A DNA stretch of 64,000 nucleotides from Gemmatimonas sp. (lineage in GTDB: Bacteria; Gemmatimonadota; Gemmatimonadetes; Gemmatimonadales; Gemmatimonadaceae): NCBI GenBank assembly GCA_965279375.1, contig OZ257156.1, positions 1,600,001 through 1,664,000 of the forward strand, in the 5' to 3' direction. Both the position numbers and the translations under genes were made by a program. Shown here piece after piece: positions 59,454-64,000 of this stretch. Each line of letters opens with the position of its first letter. Position 1 is the stretch's first letter. Below the pieces are notes generated by a model. The model was not told the origin of the DNA, did no database searches, and was given only the letters and a program-made list of their open reading frames with translations.

Positions 59454-61628
59454 GTGTTCGTCTCCTCCCGTTCGTTCCAGGCGCGTGTTGCATCAGCGCT
59501 GGCGGTCTCGTTGGCCGCGTCACCGCTTGCCGTATCGGCGCTCGCTGCGCAGAGCAGTGTTCGTCCCATCACTGGCTACTCGACGGTCAACGCGGACGCG
59601 CAGCGCAAGGCGGAGCTCGACGCCATCCGCGGCACCGCGCCACTCAGCGCGAAGGCGCATTCACAGGCGCTCTCCAAAGAGCCGCACGTCGCCGGCACGC
59701 CGGCGCAGGCCCGCACGCGCGACTACGTGATCGCGCAGATGAAGTCGTTCGGCCTGGAGACGGAAGTGCGCACGTACGACGTGTGGTTGCCGCACGCCAC
59801 GTCGGTGAAGGTCACGCGCATGCTGCGCGACACCGTGGTGCTCGATCTCGCCGAACCCGCGATCGCCAGCGATCCCGTCACCGCGATGGCGCAGTATCCC
59901 ACCGTGAATGGATCGAGCGGCGCCGGCGTGGGCGAAGGCGAATTGGTCTTCGTCAACTACGGACTCATCGAAGACTACGCCACCCTCGACTCGCTCGGCG
60001 TGTCGGTCAAGGGCAAGGTCGTGTTGGCGCGCTACGGTCGGAGCTTCCGCGGCATCAAGTCGCGCGAAGCGGAGAAGCGTGGCGCTGTCGCGCTGCTCAT
60101 CTACACCGATCCGCTCGACGATGGCTTCGTCCGTGGCGATGTGTATCCCGAAGGCCCGATGCGACCGTTGCGCGGATTGCAGCGCGGCAGCGTGTGGAAC
60201 GGCACCGGTGATCCGCTGACGCCCGGATACGGCAGCACGCCGGGAGCACCGCGGCTCAAGCCGGAGGACACACCGCTCCCGAAGATTCCAGTCGTGCCGA
60301 TCAGCGCCGCGAACGCGGAACTGCTGCTCGCGCCGGTGCGTGGTACCGCGATTCCGTCCAACTGGCAGGGCGGCATGGGCATCCGCTATCACGTCGGGCC
60401 AGGCCCCGCCAAGGTGCGCGTGGAAGTCACCACCGACGCTGCGACCAACGGCACCAAGCAGATCTTCAATACGCTGGGCACCATTCGCGGCAGCGAGTTC
60501 CCCAACGAGTACGTGTACATTGGCGGACATCGCGATGCGTGGGGACCCGGCGCAGCAGACAACGTCAGCGGCACCGTCAGCATCATCGAAGCGGCGCGCT
60601 CGCTCGGCGCGATGGTGAAAGCGGGCTGGCGTCCCAAGCGCTCGATCGTGTTTGCGACATGGGACGCGGAAGAGTGGGGCTTGGTGGGCTCGACGGAATA
60701 CGTCGAGGACGATTCGCTCAAACTGCAGAAGGGCGCCGTCGCCTACTTCAATCAAGATGTCGCGGCGCAGGGCTCACAGTTTGGTGGTGGTGGCTCACCC
60801 TCGCTGCGCGCCACGTTGCGCGACGTCACGCGCGGCGTGCTGGATCCCAAGGGGCGGGGCACCGTCTATGACACGTGGCGTGCGGCGACGGGCACCACGG
60901 CCGACACGCTCGAGCCGCCCATGGGCGATCCGGGTGGCGGCAGTGACTTCGCCGGTTTCTACAACCATCTGGGCATCCCCATCTCCGAATGGGGTTTTGG
61001 TGGACCGGCCGGTACGTATCACTCCGCGTACGACACGTTTGCGTGGATGGAGCGCTTCGGCGATCCCGGATTTCTGTACCACGCAACCGCCGCAAGCATC
61101 GCCGCTGCGATGGCCGTACGCGTAGCCGACGCCGACATCCTGCCGTACGACTACGTGGAGTTCGCGCGCACCATGCGTCGCTATCTCCCGCCGATGCAGC
61201 GCAGCTTTGCCGCGAAGGGATGGAACGCCCAGGCACTGGACCAGATCTCGAGCGGAATTGCGCGACTGGAGACGTCGGCTGCCGCGTTCGCTGTCACGCG
61301 CGATAGCGTGCTGCGCAATGCGTTGCCGATGGCCACGCGACAGGCCGCGAATGCTTCGCTCATGAAGGTGGAGCGCGCGTTCGCGCGGCCGTCGGGGCTC
61401 AAGACGCGCCCGTGGTATCGCTCATTGATCTACGCATCGGACGTGGACAACGGTTATTCGACGATGAATTTCCCGGGGGTGAACGAAGCCGTTCGCGCCG
61501 GAGATCAGCCGACGGCGCTCGCCGAGATCGCCGACCTCGCCAAGCGTTTTGGTGCGGCCGCCGATGCGGTCGATGCGGCGCGAAAGGCGCTGGTCACGCC
61601 GCCGACAGCGGCGCCCATCAAGCGGTGA
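59454..61628 (+). CDS. M28B glutamate carboxypeptidase II-like peptidase (PA and TfR-dimerisation domains)
   Basis: FVNYG, QRGSV, GDPLTPG, GGHRDAW, WDAEEWG, GSDF and YHSAYD. Start uncertain. Confidence 0.92.
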   Translation: MFVSSRSFQARVASALAVSLAASPLAVSALAAQSSVRPITGYSTVNADAQRKAELDAIRGTAPLSAKAHSQALSKEPHVAGTPAQARTRDYVIAQMKSFGLETEVRTYDVWLPHATSVKVTRMLRDTVVLDLAEPAIASDPVTAMAQYPTVNGSSGAGVGEGELVFVNYGLIEDYATLDSLGVSVKGKVVLARYGRSFRGIKSREAEKRGAVALLIYTDPLDDGFVRGDVYPEGPMRPLRGLQRGSVWNGTGDPLTPGYGSTPGAPRLKPEDTPLPKIPVVPISAANAELLLAPVRGTAIPSNWQGGMGIRYHVGPGPAKVRVEVTTDAATNGTKQIFNTLGTIRGSEFPNEYVYIGGHRDAWGPGAADNVSGTVSIIEAARSLGAMVKAGWRPKRSIVFATWDAEEWGLVGSTEYVEDDSLKLQKGAVAYFNQDVAAQGSQFGGGGSPSLRATLRDVTRGVLDPKGRGTVYDTWRAATGTTADTLEPPMGDPGGGSDFAGFYNHLGIPISEWGFGGPAGTYHSAYDTFAWMERFGDPGFLYHATAASIAAAMAVRVADADILPYDYVEFARTMRRYLPPMQRSFAAKGWNAQALDQISSGIARLETSAAAFAVTRDSVLRNALPMATRQAANASLMKVERAFARPSGLKTRPWYRSLIYASDVDNGYSTMNFPGVNEAVRAGDQPTALAEIADLAKRFGAAADAVDAARKALVTPPTAAPIKR

Positions 61629-61650
61629 GACGCCCGAACACTTTCTCCTC

Positions 61651-62784
61651 GTGACTTCGCAAGACACGGCACACGCCCTCGAACCGCGTTACGCCCGTCA
61701 GGTCACGCTGCGCGGCTTCGGACTCGCCGCGCAGGAAAAGCTGGCCGCCGCCCGCGTGCTCATCGTGGGCGCGGGCGGACTTGGCTCGCCGGCTGCGATG
61801 TATCTCGCGGCCGCGGGCGTGGGCACGATCACGCTCGTCGACAGCGACACTGTCGATGAATCCAACCTGCATCGGCAACTGCTCTACAGCACGATGGACG
61901 TGGGGCGCGACAAGCTCGAAGCGGCGCTGGATCGGCTGCAGTCGCTCAATCCGCACGTGCGCTTGGGGATGGAGCGCGGCCGATTGAATGCGGCCAATGC
62001 ACTCTCGCTCGTGCAGGCGCATGACCTTGTCATCGATGCGACGGACAACTTTCCCACGCGCTACGCCATCAACGACGCCTGCCTCGAGTCCGGTCGCGTG
62101 TTCGTGTATGGCAGCGTCGCGCGCTTTCAGGGGCAGGTGAGCATCTTCGCGGCACCCGAAGGGCCGTGCTACCGTTGTCTCTTCCCCGAGGCTCCGCCGC
62201 TGGGCTCTGTCCCCACCTGCGCGGAAGAGGGCGTGCTGGGAGTGGTGCCCGGAGTCGTTGGGCTGCATCAGGCGACGGAGGCGATCAAGTGGATCACCGG
62301 CGTCGGCACCCCATTGGTCGGGAAACTGATGCTGCTCGACCTGCTCGAAAACGACAGTCGCTGTATCGCCGTGTCGCGCCGCGTGGATTGCTCCTGCGGC
62401 CGAATCGGACTGGGCGCCTCCTCTTCACGTACCGATTCACGTCCTGCCACACGAGCGATGACCTACGATCCCGACATCGAACCCGCCGAACTCTCCGTCC
62501 GACTCGCCCGTGGCGATGCGCTCACCCTGATCGACGTCCGCGAGCCGTGGGAGTACGACACGGCGCACATCGAAGGGAGCGTCCTGATCCCGTTGGGCGG
62601 GCTGCCGCAGGGTGCGGCCAAGCTGGACCCGGCAGCGGAGTACGTGACGCTGTGTCATCATGGCATGCGCAGCGACATGGCGGCGAACTGGCTGCGGCAA
62701 CACGGCTTTGCGAAGGTGCGCAATCTCGTGGGCGGAATTGACGCCTACAGCGAGAGCGCCGACCCCTCGATTCCGCGCTACTAG
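61651..62784 (+). CDS. moeB: MoeB/ThiF adenylyltransferase fused to a rhodanese domain (MoeZ/MoeBR-like)
   Basis: RYARQ, GAGGLG, SNLHRQ, CYRC, TCAEEGVLG; rhodanese IDVRE..E and CHHGMRS. Confidence 0.88.
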   Translation: MTSQDTAHALEPRYARQVTLRGFGLAAQEKLAAARVLIVGAGGLGSPAAMYLAAAGVGTITLVDSDTVDESNLHRQLLYSTMDVGRDKLEAALDRLQSLNPHVRLGMERGRLNAANALSLVQAHDLVIDATDNFPTRYAINDACLESGRVFVYGSVARFQGQVSIFAAPEGPCYRCLFPEAPPLGSVPTCAEEGVLGVVPGVVGLHQATEAIKWITGVGTPLVGKLMLLDLLENDSRCIAVSRRVDCSCGRIGLGASSSRTDSRPATRAMTYDPDIEPAELSVRLARGDALTLIDVREPWEYDTAHIEGSVLIPLGGLPQGAAKLDPAAEYVTLCHHGMRSDMAANWLRQHGFAKVRNLVGGIDAYSESADPSIPRY

Positions 62785-62828
62785 ACCGTCCCGGGCGACA
62801 AGGAGCGCGACGTGCGACGACGGAGATC

Positions 62829-63689
62829 GTGAGCGCTCGACGAGACAGAATAGCGGCACAATTCGAGCAGGATCATGCCAAACGACTGAGAATTGGTCCT
62901 GATGGTGTGATTGTTGGTGCGGCGCCGTATCGGCTCGATGGGAGCGCGACCCATGCCGTGCTGCTCATGCACGGTTTCAACGACACGCCGCAGTCGGTGG
63001 CCCCGTTAGCGCGGGTGCTGCATGCGGCGGGTTGGACTGTCGTGGCGCCGCTGTTGCCGGGGCATGGCCGGAGCTTGCCGGTCATGGCGGCGGAGTCGCG
63101 GGCGGAGGCGTGGCTGGAGTGTGCGCGGGCGGAGTATGCGGCGCTTCGCGCGACGCACGGCACGGTGGCGTTGTGCGGGCTGTCGATGGGCGGCGCGTTG
63201 TGTACGTTGCTCGCGGCCGAGCATCCGGAGGTGCCGGCGCTGGTCTTGTTGGCGCCGTATCTGGGGATGTCGTGGATGTGGCAGGCGAAGTTATTGCTGG
63301 CGTGGGGAGCGATGCTGTTCACGCCGTATCTCAGGGGTTCGGGCGGTGAGCGATCGATCCACGATCCCGAGGCGCGGTCGCGGGCGTTGGGGCCCGGGGT
63401 GAACACTGCGCAGACGCTGACGGGGCTGCGGACGATCGCACTGGCTGCAGAGTCCGTTCTCTCGGCGGTGCGGCAGCCCGTGCTCTACTTGCAGTCGCGG
63501 GAGGACAATCGGGTCACGAGCGCCGACGCCGAGCGACATTTCGCGATGCTTGGCGCGGCGGTTCGGGAGCAGCGGTGGCTGACCGGGTGCGGGCACATCA
63601 TAACGGCGGACTATTGCCGAGACGAGGTGGCGAGGCAGGTTATCGCGTGGCTCGAGCAGCACGCCCGGGGTGGGATCGGGAACGCCTGA
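62829..63689 (+). CDS. Alpha/beta hydrolase (carboxylesterase / monoacylglycerol lipase-like)
   Basis: HGF, LPGHG, GLSMGG, D and GH catalytic triad pattern. Confidence 0.88.
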   Translation: MSARRDRIAAQFEQDHAKRLRIGPDGVIVGAAPYRLDGSATHAVLLMHGFNDTPQSVAPLARVLHAAGWTVVAPLLPGHGRSLPVMAAESRAEAWLECARAEYAALRATHGTVALCGLSMGGALCTLLAAEHPEVPALVLLAPYLGMSWMWQAKLLLAWGAMLFTPYLRGSGGERSIHDPEARSRALGPGVNTAQTLTGLRTIALAAESVLSAVRQPVLYLQSREDNRVTSADAERHFAMLGAAVREQRWLTGCGHIITADYCRDEVARQVIAWLEQHARGGIGNA

Positions 63690-63763
63690 TCCCTATCTTG
63701 TGGTTCGTCGCGGACCGGAGTTTCTGAGCCGGTCTTCTATTCATCTACTCAATTTGGAACGCC

Positions 63764-64000
63764 ATGCGAATCTGCGTTGCCGCTGAAACGGCTCCACGCG
63801 AACACCGCGTCGCGCTGGTCCCCGACAGTGTGGCGAAGCTCGTCAAGGCGGGGCATGAGGTCGTCGTGCAGTCCGGCGCCGGTGCGGCCGCCTACCACGA
63901 CGACGCCAGCTATGTCGCCGTTGGCGCGACGATCGCGCCCGATGCAGCGTCGGCGCACGTCGGAGCGCAGGTGGTCGTACGCGTGCAGCGCCCGACCGAG
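63764..64000 (+). CDS. pntA: NAD(P) transhydrogenase subunit alpha, N-terminal part (runs off the window end)
   Basis: Manual translation MRICVAAETAPREHRVALVPDSVAKLVKAGHEVVVQSGAG...Y..VGA; alanine dehydrogenase not fully excluded. Confidence 0.8.
   Translation, partial: MRICVAAETAPREHRVALVPDSVAKLVKAGHEVVVQSGAGAAAYHDDASYVAVGATIAPDAASAHVGAQVVVRVQRPTE

Noticed and set aside
62829..63689. G/T-rich codon usage in the esterase (and in his genes) as a sign of horizontal transfer
   Set aside because: Not quantified, no mobility signatures, and overall GC looks similar to the rest.

Overview
This is a GC-rich bacterial chromosomal window. Gene content and style (many Hanks-type Ser/Thr kinases, exported peptidases, small beta-barrels) suggest Gemmatimonadota, Gemmatimonas-like; this is an inference. 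It holds about 57 CDSs, including a complete his operon (G-D-C-H-A-B-F-N-IE), a partial arg cluster (argH, argR, argC-B-D), ispG, hemJ, the start of pntA, four Ser/Thr kinases, several peptidases and an ECF sigma/anti-sigma pair. I saw no tRNA, rRNA, CRISPR array or transposase. The most interesting signals are non-coding: (1) a candidate sigma54-driven, three-hairpin ~120-nt sRNA just downstream of the his operon; (2) a His-rich leader peptide with a complete terminator/antiterminator ahead of hisG; (3) three copies of a ~140-bp nested palindromic REPIN-like element; (4) a perfect Rex-type operator ahead of a blue-copper lipoprotein gene; (5) a recurring -10 box 6-7 nt before start codons, suggesting leaderless mRNAs. 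Protein-level oddities include an anti-sigma candidate with a glycogen-binding domain and an orphan Wzc-like pseudokinase. All calls come from reading motifs by eye; no searches were run.
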